Below, in pieces: positions 1 to 10,041 of a DNA stretch of 52,207 nucleotides (position 1 is its first letter; the number at the start of each line of letters is the position of its first letter). Under the pieces are notes generated by a model. That model did no database searches and had not been told where the DNA came from. It was given only the letters and a program-made list of their open reading frames with translations. The translations under genes were made by a program, and so were the position numbers. Where the stretch lies: assembly GCA_030637025.1 (NCBI GenBank), contig DAOVVV010000018.1:1-52207 (forward strand), read 5' to 3'. The DNA comes from Clostridia bacterium (GTDB lineage: Bacteria; CBDUZB01; JAGLHV01).

Positions 1-2029
1 GGTTAAAGCCGGAGTAGCAGGTACACCTCGGTATTTAGATTCAAGTGATTTTACAGATAACGGAACCAGCATTGAAATAGCGAATGATGCCATTGATACG
101 GCTAAAATATTAGATGCTAATGTGACAACTGCTAAAATTGCAGATGCCAATGTAACTACTGCCAAGATTCTTGATGCCAATGTTACTACAGTGAAAATAT
201 TAGATGCTAATGTTACCACAGCGAAGATCGCCGATTTAAATGTTACTACCGTAAAAATCGCTGATGCAAATATCACTACTGCAAAAGTAGCTGACGATGC
301 AATTACCGAACCCAAGTTAGATGTGCTGGATGCCCCGGCAGACGGTGAAGTTCTGGCCTGGAATAATGCCAGCAGTAGATTCGAATGGGTAGCTCAAAGT
401 GCCGGAACTGACGAATTGGTCAAAGCCGGAGTAGCCGGTACACCTCGGTATTTAGATACAAGTGATTTTACAGATAATGGAACCAGTATAGAAATAGCTA
501 ATGATGCAATTGATACGGCTAAAATATTAGATGCCAATATTACAACCGCAAAGATAGCAGATGCAAATATTACCACAGTTAAGATTCTTAATGCCAATAT
601 AACTACTGCGAAGATAGCAGATGCCAATATAACTACAGTGAAAATATTAGATGCTAATGTGACCACAGCCAAGATAGCCGATTTGAATGTTACTACCGGT
701 AAGATAGCAGATTCCGGTGTGACCACCGTCAAAATTGCGGATGCCAATGTCACTACTGCCAAAGTCGCAGATAATGCAATTACCGAACCCAAGTTAGATG
801 TGCTGGATGCCCCAGCAGACGGAGAAGTTCTTGCCTGGAATAATGCCGGCAGTAGATTCGAATGGGTAAGTCAAACAGCTAACAGTGACGAGTTAGTCAA
901 AGCCGGGGTAGCAGGTACACCCCGATATTTAGATACCGGAGATTTTACAGATAATGGAACCAGTATAGAAATTGCTAATGATGCAATTGATACGGCTAAA
1001 ATATTGGATGCTAATGTAACCACAGCGAAGATAGCAGATGCCAATGTAACTACTGCCAAAATCGCAGATTCAAATGTAACCACAGTGAAGATAGCTGACG
1101 CCAATGTGACAACAGCTAAGATAGCTGATTTAAATGTTACTACCGGTAAAATAGCTGATTCAGGTGTAACCACTGTAAAAATTGCAGACGCCAATATAAC
1201 TACTGCCAAGATTCTAGATGCCAATGTAACCACAGCTAAAATAGCTGACGTTAATGTAACTACCGCTAAGATTGCCGACAGTAATGTAACGACTGCAAAA
1301 ATAGCTGATGCGAATGTTACTACAGCCAAAGTCGCAGATAATGCAGTGACAGAACCTAAGTTAGATGTGCTGGATGCCCCGGCAGATGGTGAAGTGTTAG
1401 CCTGGAATAATGCCGGCAGCCGGTTTGAATGGTTAGATCAATCACTAGGAAATAACACCTTAGATCAAGCTTATGACCAGGGAGGAGTTGGTGCCGGGCG
1501 TACGATTACAGTCGATAGCGGACCGGTCCAATTAAATGCTGCAGGGACTCAATCCCGTTTACGAATGGTTCAACGTAGCGTACCAACCAGTCCGGCTGAT
1601 GGTGATATAGAAATATTCGATACTAATTTAGGACCACTGCAGTTTTATTATGATAGTGCTCGTGGTAAATGGTTATCGAGCATGGTTTTAACTGATGGTG
1701 GAGGTCGGAATAATAATGTATCGGCGGGGAATTATTTGAAAATGTTTGATGGATTAACTCTCAGTGCAAATGTGGGCCATCAAGTTCCCGATGATGTTTG
1801 TGTAGTAGCTGTAGCTTTGTCATGTGGTCTATCGTCAACTTGTACGATACTTCTTAGAGCGAATGGTACAAGTTTGACCGGTACAGGGGTTAGTCTTGCT
1901 TCGTCAAATAAAAATAAAAGTAACGATCTCAATATAAATGCCAATGATGGTGATATTATTACGCCTTATGTTTCCGTTGGAACTGCAAGAAGTCCACAAG
2001 TGCAGTATTATTACAGGATTAGAAGGTAA
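1..2029 (+). CDS. Repetitive fibre/adhesin-like protein (DANVTTAKIA decapeptide repeats), 5'-truncated by window edge
   Basis: The frame is open from nt 2 (VKAGVAGTPRYLDSSDFTDNGTS...), in frame with the listed 122..2029 ORF, so the real start is upstream. Three modules with 6, 8 and 11 decapeptide repeats precede a non-repetitive C-terminal head (TLDQAYDQGG...YDSARGKWLS...). Confidence 0.85.
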   Translation, partial: VKAGVAGTPRYLDSSDFTDNGTSIEIANDAIDTAKILDANVTTAKIADANVTTAKILDANVTTVKILDANVTTAKIADLNVTTVKIADANITTAKVADDAITEPKLDVLDAPADGEVLAWNNASSRFEWVAQSAGTDELVKAGVAGTPRYLDTSDFTDNGTSIEIANDAIDTAKILDANITTAKIADANITTVKILNANITTAKIADANITTVKILDANVTTAKIADLNVTTGKIADSGVTTVKIADANVTTAKVADNAITEPKLDVLDAPADGEVLAWNNAGSRFEWVSQTANSDELVKAGVAGTPRYLDTGDFTDNGTSIEIANDAIDTAKILDANVTTAKIADANVTTAKIADSNVTTVKIADANVTTAKIADLNVTTGKIADSGVTTVKIADANITTAKILDANVTTAKIADVNVTTAKIADSNVTTAKIADANVTTAKVADNAVTEPKLDVLDAPADGEVLAWNNAGSRFEWLDQSLGNNTLDQAYDQGGVGAGRTITVDSGPVQLNAAGTQSRLRMVQRSVPTSPADGDIEIFDTNLGPLQFYYDSARGKWLSSMVLTDGGGRNNNVSAGNYLKMFDGLTLSANVGHQVPDDVCVVAVALSCGLSSTCTILLRANGTSLTGTGVSLASSNKNKSNDLNINANDGDIITPYVSVGTARSPQVQYYYRIRR
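92..1440 (+). repeat. Coding 30-bp tandem repeats nested in larger repeated modules
   Basis: Module starts (KAGVAGTPRY) at nt 5, 422 and 899 are spaced 417 and 477 nt apart; module lengths differ by multiples of 30 nt. Confidence 0.95.
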
Positions 2030-2145
2030 AAATATGGTTTATTATTTTGGATTTATATACGAGATTATGAATGGAAAACTTGAAAAGAAGCATAAAATAG
2101 TTAAAAACTTGAACTTTATAATTAGACAAGGAAAGGGTTTTTCTT

Positions 2146-5100
2146 ATGCGTAAAGTTGTATTGCTATTAATTTTAATAATTTTAATAATCGGAAGCATAG
2201 TATCTTCTGCTTTTGCTGATTTAACTATTGAAGCAGGAGAAACTTTTACTTTGTCTGCTGATGAAACTATGATTATAGATGGGAATTTGACCATTGAGCC
2301 AACGGGGATATTGGATGCTTCTGCTTCCGGTGCAAATATATTTATTAGTGGAGATTGGTTAAACTCAGGAACATTTACTCCAGGAAACAATACCGTTAAT
2401 TTTATTGATAATACACTGGTTTCTAATATTACCGGAAATACAAATTTTTATAATTTTTCCTGTACTACTGCTAATAAACAACTTGCTTTTCAGTCAGGTT
2501 CTATCCAGACTATTACCAATACTTTAACTCTTAATGGCCAGGCACCAGGAACAGAAATAATATTACGCTCTTTAATTCCGGGTGTTCGTTGGACGTTTGA
2601 TGTATCAGGTAATGATCAAAACGTCGAATATGTAGATGTTCAGGATTCAGAGTCTGTCAGTAATAACATATATGCTGGTAATTCTATTAATTCAGGAAAT
2701 AATGATGATACTCTAAGTTCGCCTCATTGGGTATTTACTGCACCTATTTCTATTACTTCCCCTGGAGATGGGTATACGATAGGACAAATTCCTACGATTA
2801 TAGGATATACGCAAAACCCCAATACTTCTTTTACCATTCAGGGAATTTCAGGTGGTGCAACAATAGTAGTAACTCAAGGGGTTTCGGATGATAATGGTAA
2901 TTTCAGGGTTGTAGTTGATTCAACAACTTCTCTGGATTTGGGTGCTAATAGTTTAACACCATATATAGGTGTTATTTATGGGTTACCGGTTAATGTTACA
3001 GTAATTAATAATCCTTCTCCTCAACAGGTTTGTACAATCAATGTTCCTACTCTGGATCCCCCTTCACCAAATACAAGGGTAAAATCAAATCCTTTTATAG
3101 TTAATGGTTTTGGTCCTCCGGGTACCCGGATAAGAATTGAAGCATTAGATAGGGATGGCAATTTGATTTTAGATTGTGGTAGTGCGGATTCGGATTCAAT
3201 TACAGGGGAATATACTATAAATTGTGATGCAGTATTAAATAATTTAATTGCGGGGATAAATATTTTGTCAGTAACAGCTTATACCGGTACAGGTAATGCT
3301 ATAACCACGAGTCTTTTAAAAGAAGTAACTTTTTATGATCCTTTCGGCATCGTTTTTGATTCTGTAAATAATAATCCTGTTACCGGGGCAACAGTTACTT
3401 TATATTATGATAATGACCCGGGTTCAGGAAGGGATTGGATACCGGCACAGCCGGGTAGTCATATTGTTGCCGGGGATATTAATCCTCAAATAACCGACGT
3501 AGAGGGGTTTTATAGTTTTATTTGTGCTAACGGAGATTTTTATATTGATATCATTGCTGCCGGATATAGTTATCCTTCGGCAGAAATAACCTTTTTGTCA
3601 GGAAGAACTATTGTTGCAGGGTCAAAAGGAGAAGTTTTTACAGTAAACGGTGCAATAATTGAAATGGATCAACCAATGAGTCCGACAGCAAATTTGTTGA
3701 GGATAGAAAAAGGGGCGAATAAAAAAGAAGTAACTGTTGGTGAGGTGGTCACTTATACTGTTACTATTGAAAATGTAAGTTCCAATAGTGTGACTAATGT
3801 ATATTTAGAAGATAAAATACCAGCGGGATTTAAGTACATAAAAGGGAAAGTTATTTTGGATGATATGCTTATTTTGGATCCTACCGGAGGAAGGCCCCTT
3901 TCTTTTAATATAGGCACCCTTTCTGCCGGTCAAATTCGGACGCTTAAATATCAATTGGTAGTTGGGTCGGGCGTAACCTTGGGTGATTATAAAAATAAAG
4001 CTTGGGCTAAGTATTTTGACGGCACAGTTATATCTAACCAGGCAGTTAAAACAGTTAAAGTTATTTCCGAACCGCTTTTTGATTTAGGTACAGTGATAGG
4101 GAAAGTGTTTTGGGATTGGAATAAAAACGGTGTTCAGGATAATATAAAAACGTTGAATGCAAATAGACCGGAGATAGGTATTGCTAATATAGAAATTGTA
4201 ACCGAAGAAGGAATAATTATTACTACGGATAAGGATGGTAAATATCATTTACCGGCTATGAGTTCGGGCAGGCATCTTTTAAGAATTGATGAAAGGACTT
4301 TGCCCGACGGAGCTTATTTGACCACCCATAAGGCTGTTATTATAGATATAAAACCGGGACTTTTAGCCAAGGTTAATTTTGGAGTAAATTTAAACGCGGG
4401 AAAAGATTTTATGGGGATACCTTTTCAAATTATTCAGGAAAGAGATATTCCTCAGCCCCGCTTAAATGTAGTGATGTTAAGTGATGGCTTTACGATTAAA
4501 AAAGGGAATTTAAAAGGAAGAGCAGAATTTAGAATATTTACTAACTATCAACTTTTTATTAATAAATGGAGATTGGAAATAGTAGATAAATATACAAAAC
4601 AGGTGGTGAAAACATTTAGAGGAACGGTAGATAATATTTTTAAATCCATTTATTGGTTTGGCGATGATGACCCAAAAATTATTAACAAGTTAGTAAGTGG
4701 TGATTATGTGTATAGGGTGGTGGTAAGAGATGCTAAGGGTAGGGAGGATGTAACTATCCAAAGAGATTTCAAGTATGTTGAAAAAGAGCTAGTATCGGAA
4801 TTAATAGATAAAGAAAGTGAAATAAATAACTTAAAAGAACAAAATATAAAAATAGAAGGAGAAACGATTAGAATTAAAAATCAAAATTCCTCTTTATCTA
4901 TGAATATGTCTCTCCCGGAAAAAATTGAGAATGTAGTAATAGTCAAAACAAAAGAAAAAGTAATAGAAATTAGTATTATAAAAGATGAAAAATTAATAGT
5001 GGATGATTTATTGCAGGGGCAAAGCATAAAAGAATCAAAAAGTCAAAATGAAATCGAAATGATTTTGCCCAAAGGAAAATATATTATAAAATTTAATTAT

Positions 5101-7941
5101 GAGCAAGAAGAAGGAATAAATAAAGATATTAATCAAGAAAACTTAGTTACCCAAAATACAGAATTGTTTATCAGGAACTATACCAAAAAGGTAACCGTAG
5201 GAGATGACTACTTCTTTTTGGTAGCAATGGGTGATGCTAAGATGGGTTATACTTTTAATCAAGGCAATATAGAGCCGGTTCAACATGATGATAAATTTAA
5301 AGAAGGTGCATGGGTTGAAGAAAAGCTTGCTTATTATTTAAAAGGCAAAATCAAAGGTAAATACTTAATAACTTCAAGTTTTAATTCTGATCGGCAGAGA
5401 AAAGAATTATTTAGAAACTTAGATCCGGATAAATATTATCCTGTTTATGGGGATGGCTCATTAATTGATTATAAAAACACAGATACCCAGGGAATGCTTT
5501 ATGTTTTAATCGAAAATGATAAGTCGCAAATCTTGTGGGGAAATTATGATACTGCTTTTACCGATACGGAATTTGCCCGCTTTGTACGAACTCTTTACGG
5601 TGGGAAAATTCATTTGCAAACCGCTTCAATTACTAAATTCGGTGATTCTCGTATAAAACTGATTATATTTGGAGCTTGTGCTAAACAAAAAGCCGCACAT
5701 AATGAATTTGCAGGGACAGGAGGATCGTTGTATTATCTTAAACACAAAGAAGTGGTTGAAGGCTCGGAAAAAATAAAAATAGAAGTAAGAGACAAAATTA
5801 CTGAATTAGTTTTATCGATGACAGAAATGAAAGAGAATATTGATTATGAGATAGATTATTCTAACGGAAGAATTACTTTTTATAAACCCGTTCCTCATTT
5901 TTCTGAATCAAGTTTAATTATTGCCAGTCATTTAGAGGATGGTAATCCTGTTTATGTAGTTGTCGATTACGAGTATACTCTGAAGGAAAGTTACGACGAA
6001 GGGGTGATAGGTGTTCGTATGAATGAATCTTTTAGTGATTATTTACTTATGGGAGGGACCTATATTAAAGAAGAACAAAGCAATCAGGATTATGAGTTAA
6101 AAGGAATTGATGCCAATGTTAATTTATCTAAAAATATAAAATTAACCGCTGAATATGCAGAAAGCAAATCGGAAGCGACAGGGAGTTTTATTTCCAATGA
6201 CGGAGGTATTTCCTTTGAAGAACTTCCTACAGATGAATATGCTAAAGATAAAGCTTATGGTTTAAAGGGGGGAACATATTTATTCAACAATAAATTAGGG
6301 TTATCCGGTTATTACAAACGGATAGGTAATGATTTTTCTACTTCAGCTACAAGTTCACAGCAGGGAAAAGAATTAAAGGGTTTAAATATAAGCTGTAATA
6401 TTAATTCTCACCTGAAGATGTTTGGGTCGTATGATATTCAACGTTTGATAGAAGATGGTAATTCTCAAACCAAACTTCAATTGGGAGCAACTGAAACACA
6501 AACAACTTCTTTGCAGTTTGTTCAGGATACAGATAGATTAAAATTTACTACTGAATATCGTCATCAGGAAGTAAAAGAGAAAAAAGAAGAATTTGAGTCG
6601 GAAACGAATACCAAAGGAGATACTATTGCTATAAAAGGGGATTACAAATTAAATGAAAAAATGGATATTTCTTTAGAACAGCAGACAACTATTACAGGAA
6701 ATATAAATCATCAAACCACTGTGGGAATGACGGCTAAAATGTCTGATTGGTTATCTTTACGCGGTAAGGAAACAGTTGCTACCCAGGGTACTGCTACCAG
6801 TGTTGGTATTACTTCGACAATCCGAAATAGACTTGAAATTTCTAATGATTACTCCAGAACTAATTATAAAACAGGAGAAGTTAGTGATAATACTTCTTTA
6901 ACTTTAAGTACCAAATTAAATGAGAAAACCCAAATTAATGGTACTTATGCACTAACAGATTCAATGAATGAAAACAAAACTTCATCTGTAAGTTTTGGGG
7001 TAAACCGAAAAATTAATAATAATTTAACGGCAAATGCAGAAAGAAATTTTATTTCCTCTAAAAATCAAACAACTTTTACCAATATTTTAGGTTTATCCGG
7101 GAATATTAACAATAAATGGGGTATGCAGGGGACTTTTGAGCAAGGAACTGTTCAGGATTATGATGGAAGTCAATACAAACGTCAAGCAGGGACAATGGGG
7201 GTAAGTTATGTAAGTAAAGATATTCATTCCCAAAAAATAATATTTAAAGCTTCAAGTAAATCCGAACTACGCATCGATAAAGGAGAGGAAGATAAAAGAC
7301 AAGTCCTTGTTTATAATGCAGTTGAAGGAAAGCTCAATTCTAATACAACTGTTTTTGTCAGAGCTAATATGTCGGAAACCAAAAATATTACCACCGGTTT
7401 AATTGAAGCTCAATATAAGGAATTAGGTTTTGGATTGGCTTATCGCCCGGTTAGTTTTGACTGGTTAAACCTTTTGGCTAAATACACTTATTTAGAAGAT
7501 GCTTCCCCGGTAACACAAAGTGACATTAATGATATTGAGGAAGAAAAGGCGCATGTAATATCGGGAGAAACGATAATTGATTTTACGGCTAAGTGGCAAT
7601 TGACAGAAAAATTGGCTTATAAAATAGGTGAGGAAAAAGTAACCGGATTTGACTTTACTAAAACATCAACATGGCTCTGGATAAACAGGCTTGGTTATAA
7701 CATTAATAAAAATTGGCAGGTATCCGGTGAATATAGGGTTTTAACTCAGGAACAAGCTTGTGACCAAAAACAGGGTTCTTTATTTGAATTATCCAGAAAT
7801 ATGAGTAAATCCATACAAATGGGAATAGGATATAATTTTACTGATTTCAATGACAATTTAACCCATCTGGATTATACCACTCACGGTCCGTTTATCAGAT
7901 TTACTGCTAAATTTTATGACCTTAAACCAGCCAAAAAGTAG
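2146..7941 (+). CDS. Large secreted/outer-membrane protein: signal peptide, Ig-like domains, DUF11, SdrD B-like, FlgD-like Ig, C-terminal beta-barrel region
   Basis: N-terminal signal peptide ending SSAFA. DUF11-like LRIEKGANKKEVTVGEVVTYTVTIEN..EDKIPAGFKY. SdrD-B-like GKVFWDWNKNGVQD. The last ~900 aa are amphipathic strands ending GYNFTDF...GPFIRFTAKF. Confidence 0.8.
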   Translation: MRKVVLLLILIILIIGSIVSSAFADLTIEAGETFTLSADETMIIDGNLTIEPTGILDASASGANIFISGDWLNSGTFTPGNNTVNFIDNTLVSNITGNTNFYNFSCTTANKQLAFQSGSIQTITNTLTLNGQAPGTEIILRSLIPGVRWTFDVSGNDQNVEYVDVQDSESVSNNIYAGNSINSGNNDDTLSSPHWVFTAPISITSPGDGYTIGQIPTIIGYTQNPNTSFTIQGISGGATIVVTQGVSDDNGNFRVVVDSTTSLDLGANSLTPYIGVIYGLPVNVTVINNPSPQQVCTINVPTLDPPSPNTRVKSNPFIVNGFGPPGTRIRIEALDRDGNLILDCGSADSDSITGEYTINCDAVLNNLIAGINILSVTAYTGTGNAITTSLLKEVTFYDPFGIVFDSVNNNPVTGATVTLYYDNDPGSGRDWIPAQPGSHIVAGDINPQITDVEGFYSFICANGDFYIDIIAAGYSYPSAEITFLSGRTIVAGSKGEVFTVNGAIIEMDQPMSPTANLLRIEKGANKKEVTVGEVVTYTVTIENVSSNSVTNVYLEDKIPAGFKYIKGKVILDDMLILDPTGGRPLSFNIGTLSAGQIRTLKYQLVVGSGVTLGDYKNKAWAKYFDGTVISNQAVKTVKVISEPLFDLGTVIGKVFWDWNKNGVQDNIKTLNANRPEIGIANIEIVTEEGIIITTDKDGKYHLPAMSSGRHLLRIDERTLPDGAYLTTHKAVIIDIKPGLLAKVNFGVNLNAGKDFMGIPFQIIQERDIPQPRLNVVMLSDGFTIKKGNLKGRAEFRIFTNYQLFINKWRLEIVDKYTKQVVKTFRGTVDNIFKSIYWFGDDDPKIINKLVSGDYVYRVVVRDAKGREDVTIQRDFKYVEKELVSELIDKESEINNLKEQNIKIEGETIRIKNQNSSLSMNMSLPEKIENVVIVKTKEKVIEISIIKDEKLIVDDLLQGQSIKESKSQNEIEMILPKGKYIIKFNYEQEEGINKDINQENLVTQNTELFIRNYTKKVTVGDDYFFLVAMGDAKMGYTFNQGNIEPVQHDDKFKEGAWVEEKLAYYLKGKIKGKYLITSSFNSDRQRKELFRNLDPDKYYPVYGDGSLIDYKNTDTQGMLYVLIENDKSQILWGNYDTAFTDTEFARFVRTLYGGKIHLQTASITKFGDSRIKLIIFGACAKQKAAHNEFAGTGGSLYYLKHKEVVEGSEKIKIEVRDKITELVLSMTEMKENIDYEIDYSNGRITFYKPVPHFSESSLIIASHLEDGNPVYVVVDYEYTLKESYDEGVIGVRMNESFSDYLLMGGTYIKEEQSNQDYELKGIDANVNLSKNIKLTAEYAESKSEATGSFISNDGGISFEELPTDEYAKDKAYGLKGGTYLFNNKLGLSGYYKRIGNDFSTSATSSQQGKELKGLNISCNINSHLKMFGSYDIQRLIEDGNSQTKLQLGATETQTTSLQFVQDTDRLKFTTEYRHQEVKEKKEEFESETNTKGDTIAIKGDYKLNEKMDISLEQQTTITGNINHQTTVGMTAKMSDWLSLRGKETVATQGTATSVGITSTIRNRLEISNDYSRTNYKTGEVSDNTSLTLSTKLNEKTQINGTYALTDSMNENKTSSVSFGVNRKINNNLTANAERNFISSKNQTTFTNILGLSGNINNKWGMQGTFEQGTVQDYDGSQYKRQAGTMGVSYVSKDIHSQKIIFKASSKSELRIDKGEEDKRQVLVYNAVEGKLNSNTTVFVRANMSETKNITTGLIEAQYKELGFGLAYRPVSFDWLNLLAKYTYLEDASPVTQSDINDIEEEKAHVISGETIIDFTAKWQLTEKLAYKIGEEKVTGFDFTKTSTWLWINRLGYNINKNWQVSGEYRVLTQEQACDQKQGSLFELSRNMSKSIQMGIGYNFTDFNDNLTHLDYTTHGPFIRFTAKFYDLKPAKK

Positions 7942-7964
7942 ATAACCACTGTTATGTTTTTTTC

Positions 7965-8471
7965 TTAAAAAGGCAGATGAAATCCTATATAACCATCCAA
8001 AATTAATTTTGCTTCATCCATTAGAATTAATACAGGTGTTATTTCATAAACAAGCAGCGGAGTCCTTTTGTTTTTGTATTTTTGGTGGTCGCCCCAATTG
8101 AAAAAAAGCGGGAACCTGATTCCTAAACGTTGTTTTTTATCACTACTAAGTCGAAGACCTACACCCATATTAAAATTATAAGTGAAATACATTTCTCCGA
8201 TTTGTGTTGCTTTAACTTTAGAATTATCAGGGGGAAGAAATAGAAAATCGCTGTAAAGGACTAATTCTTTGGATAGAGTCATTCCTATTCCTGATTTTGT
8301 GGTTATAAGAGTTAGATCCGGGGGAATTAAAAAAGAAATTCCTAACGGTTGTCCCAGAGTGGCAAAGAAAGCAATATCTTTTTCTTTCTGTTTGGGTTCT
8401 TTAGCTAACACTTTAAGGTTTAAGCTCAATACCAATAAAAAAATTAATAAAATATTTTTTTTAATAGACAT
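7965..8471 (-). CDS. Small exported protein, probable outer-membrane beta-barrel (DUF3996-like)
   Basis: Signal peptide; LGQPLGIS, LGIRFPL and YEITPVL motifs; C-terminal aromatic strand GYIGFHLPF. Confidence 0.6.
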   Translation of the reverse strand: MSIKKNILLIFLLVLSLNLKVLAKEPKQKEKDIAFFATLGQPLGISFLIPPDLTLITTKSGIGMTLSKELVLYSDFLFLPPDNSKVKATQIGEMYFTYNFNMGVGLRLSSDKKQRLGIRFPLFFNWGDHQKYKNKRTPLLVYEITPVLILMDEAKLILDGYIGFHLPF

Positions 8472-8968
8472 GATTTTTTTAATTTCATTCCCCCTTTAAA
8501 ATAGACTTGTGCAAAATACACCTATTCTGTCATTCCTCTCTGCTTTGCAGAACTCTTAACAGTATTTTTTTTGAAAATCTTTAAATGAAATAATAGTAAA
8601 TTTTATTCTCAACATTTAATGAAATAGTATCAAAAACAAAAAAAAATTTCAAGTTAAAATATAGCGTAGCAATGAAAAGGATAAAATATATCGCTTTTTA
8701 ACTTTCATTACCATAATCATTCGGTTACAGGAGTTTCCTCGAAAATTAGCCCTTAATTTAAAAAAATGCATATTATATGATATAAAGGAAAATAGAAAAT
8801 AGGAAGTGACAAAGGGAGTTAATCTATGTTATAATATTTTCAACCAAAAACTGAAAAAAAAATTACCGAAAGATTATTTTTCTCGAGAAATTTTAAATAC
8901 AAAAATTACTAAAGTTATAAAATATTTGGAATAAAAAAAATCGGGGAAAACCCTGAATTCGGTTAGTA

Positions 8969-8997
8969 TTGACAAAAAAAAAATAATTATTTATAAT
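8969..8997 (+). promoter_or_regulatory. Sigma70 promoter for the GlmU-like/glmM operon
   Basis: TTGACA (8969-8974), 17-bp spacer, TATAAT (8992-8997): perfect consensus. Confidence 0.8.
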
Positions 8998-9051
8998 CCA
9001 TTTCATAATAATGTTGGTAAAATGTTAGATTTTTAATATGGAGTCTCATTG

Positions 9052-9087
9052 ATCCTGAGTGACCGAAGGGAGGCGAAGGGTCGAGTG
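9052..9087. repeat. Degenerate REP-like element (CCTGAG...GAAGGG family)
   Basis: atcctgagtgaccgaagggaggcgaaggg resembles the copies at 11516 and 48427. Confidence 0.45.
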
Positions 9088-9136
9088 TTTAATTTTATTC
9101 AGTTTGCTGCGTAAAAGTTATGTGGGATAAACCTTC

Positions 9137-9169
9137 GATATCCGGTAGCTTGCTGCGGGGTAGTTGATT
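9137..9169. repeat. Degenerate palindrome resembling IS200/IS605-type end hairpins (PATE-like)
   Basis: TATCCGGTAGC-TT-GCTGCGGGGTA hairpin followed by GTTGATT. Confidence 0.45.
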
Positions 9170-9224
9170 AAAAAATGTTATTTGTCTAATATAGTAAAAA
9201 CTTTATAATTGGAAAGGAGAAAAA

Positions 9225-10037
9225 ATGTTTAAACCGGAAGATTTTTTTGATCTTTCAGGAAATCCCTTTGAGTCGCTTTTTAGTAATATCGACTATGTGT
9301 GGGATGTATTAAAAAAGCTTAAAGAATACATAAGGGATAACATTAAACCAAATGTTTCTGATTTAAGAAAAGGGAATTCCTTTATAAATAAAACTTTGGT
9401 TATATATAACGGTAATATTATCGAGTCCGGATTTATTATAGATACATCTAAAAAGAAACCGGTGGTCAAAAAAGATGGCAAAATTCTTGACGGTGCCAGT
9501 ATAATATATGCCGGGTCAATCCTTATGGATAATGAGATATCTATTGGAAAAGGTACGGTAATAGAACCTGGTGCATTGATAAAAGGGCAAACTATTATTG
9601 GTAATGACACTGAAATTCGACAGGGAGCTTATATACGGGGGTGTGTGTTGGTTGGAAATGATTGTATTGTAGGACATACGACTGAATTGAAATCCTGCGT
9701 TATGTTAGGTGAAAGTAAAGCCGGCCATTTTGCTTATATTGGTGACAGTATTTTAGGGAAAGTAAATCTTGGTGCGGGAACAAAATTAGCAAATTTAAAA
9801 ATAGTTGAATCGCAGGTTGTCCTTAATATTAATGGGGAAAAACATGAAACAGGGTTGAGAAAGTTTGGAGCAATACTAGCAGACGGTGTGGAAACAGGAT
9901 GTAATAGCGTTACTACCCCAGGAACTATTCTTGGGAAAGGTGTTCTTTTATATCCGAATACAACTGCAAGGGGTTATTATTTGCAAAGAACAATAGTCAA
10001 ATTGAAGCAAAATCAAGAATTAAAAGAGAGGAGATAG
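9225..10037 (+). CDS. Stand-alone left-handed beta-helix acetyltransferase, GlmU C-terminal-like (putative glucosamine-1-phosphate N-acetyltransferase)
   Basis: Hexapeptide repeats; HFAYIGDSILG, NLGAGTKLAN and RKFGAILADGVETGCNSV motifs of archaeal-type GlmU; no N-terminal LAAGxGxRM nucleotidyltransferase motif; SD AAGGAG; directly upstream of glmM. Confidence 0.75.
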   Translation: MFKPEDFFDLSGNPFESLFSNIDYVWDVLKKLKEYIRDNIKPNVSDLRKGNSFINKTLVIYNGNIIESGFIIDTSKKKPVVKKDGKILDGASIIYAGSILMDNEISIGKGTVIEPGALIKGQTIIGNDTEIRQGAYIRGCVLVGNDCIVGHTTELKSCVMLGESKAGHFAYIGDSILGKVNLGAGTKLANLKIVESQVVLNINGEKHETGLRKFGAILADGVETGCNSVTTPGTILGKGVLLYPNTTARGYYLQRTIVKLKQNQELKERR

Positions 10038-10041
10038 AGAT

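Noticed and set aside
394-1329. Minus-strand ORFs 394..792 and 871..1329
   Set aside because: Antisense shadows of the repeat protein, open only because of its codon composition.
92-1340. 30-bp periodic repeats as a CRISPR array
   Set aside because: The repeats are contiguous, have no unique spacers, vary at synonymous positions and encode an in-frame decapeptide; no cas genes are present.
1-8471. Prophage, based on the tail-fibre-like repeats
   Set aside because: No capsid, terminase, integrase or other phage genes in the window; the neighbours are signal-peptide-bearing envelope proteins.
9000-9224. glmS ribozyme or other riboswitch in the leader of the hexosamine genes
   Set aside because: No AGCGCC...GACGAGG core or other recognisable riboswitch consensus; the structure is explained by REP/PATE-like palindromes.
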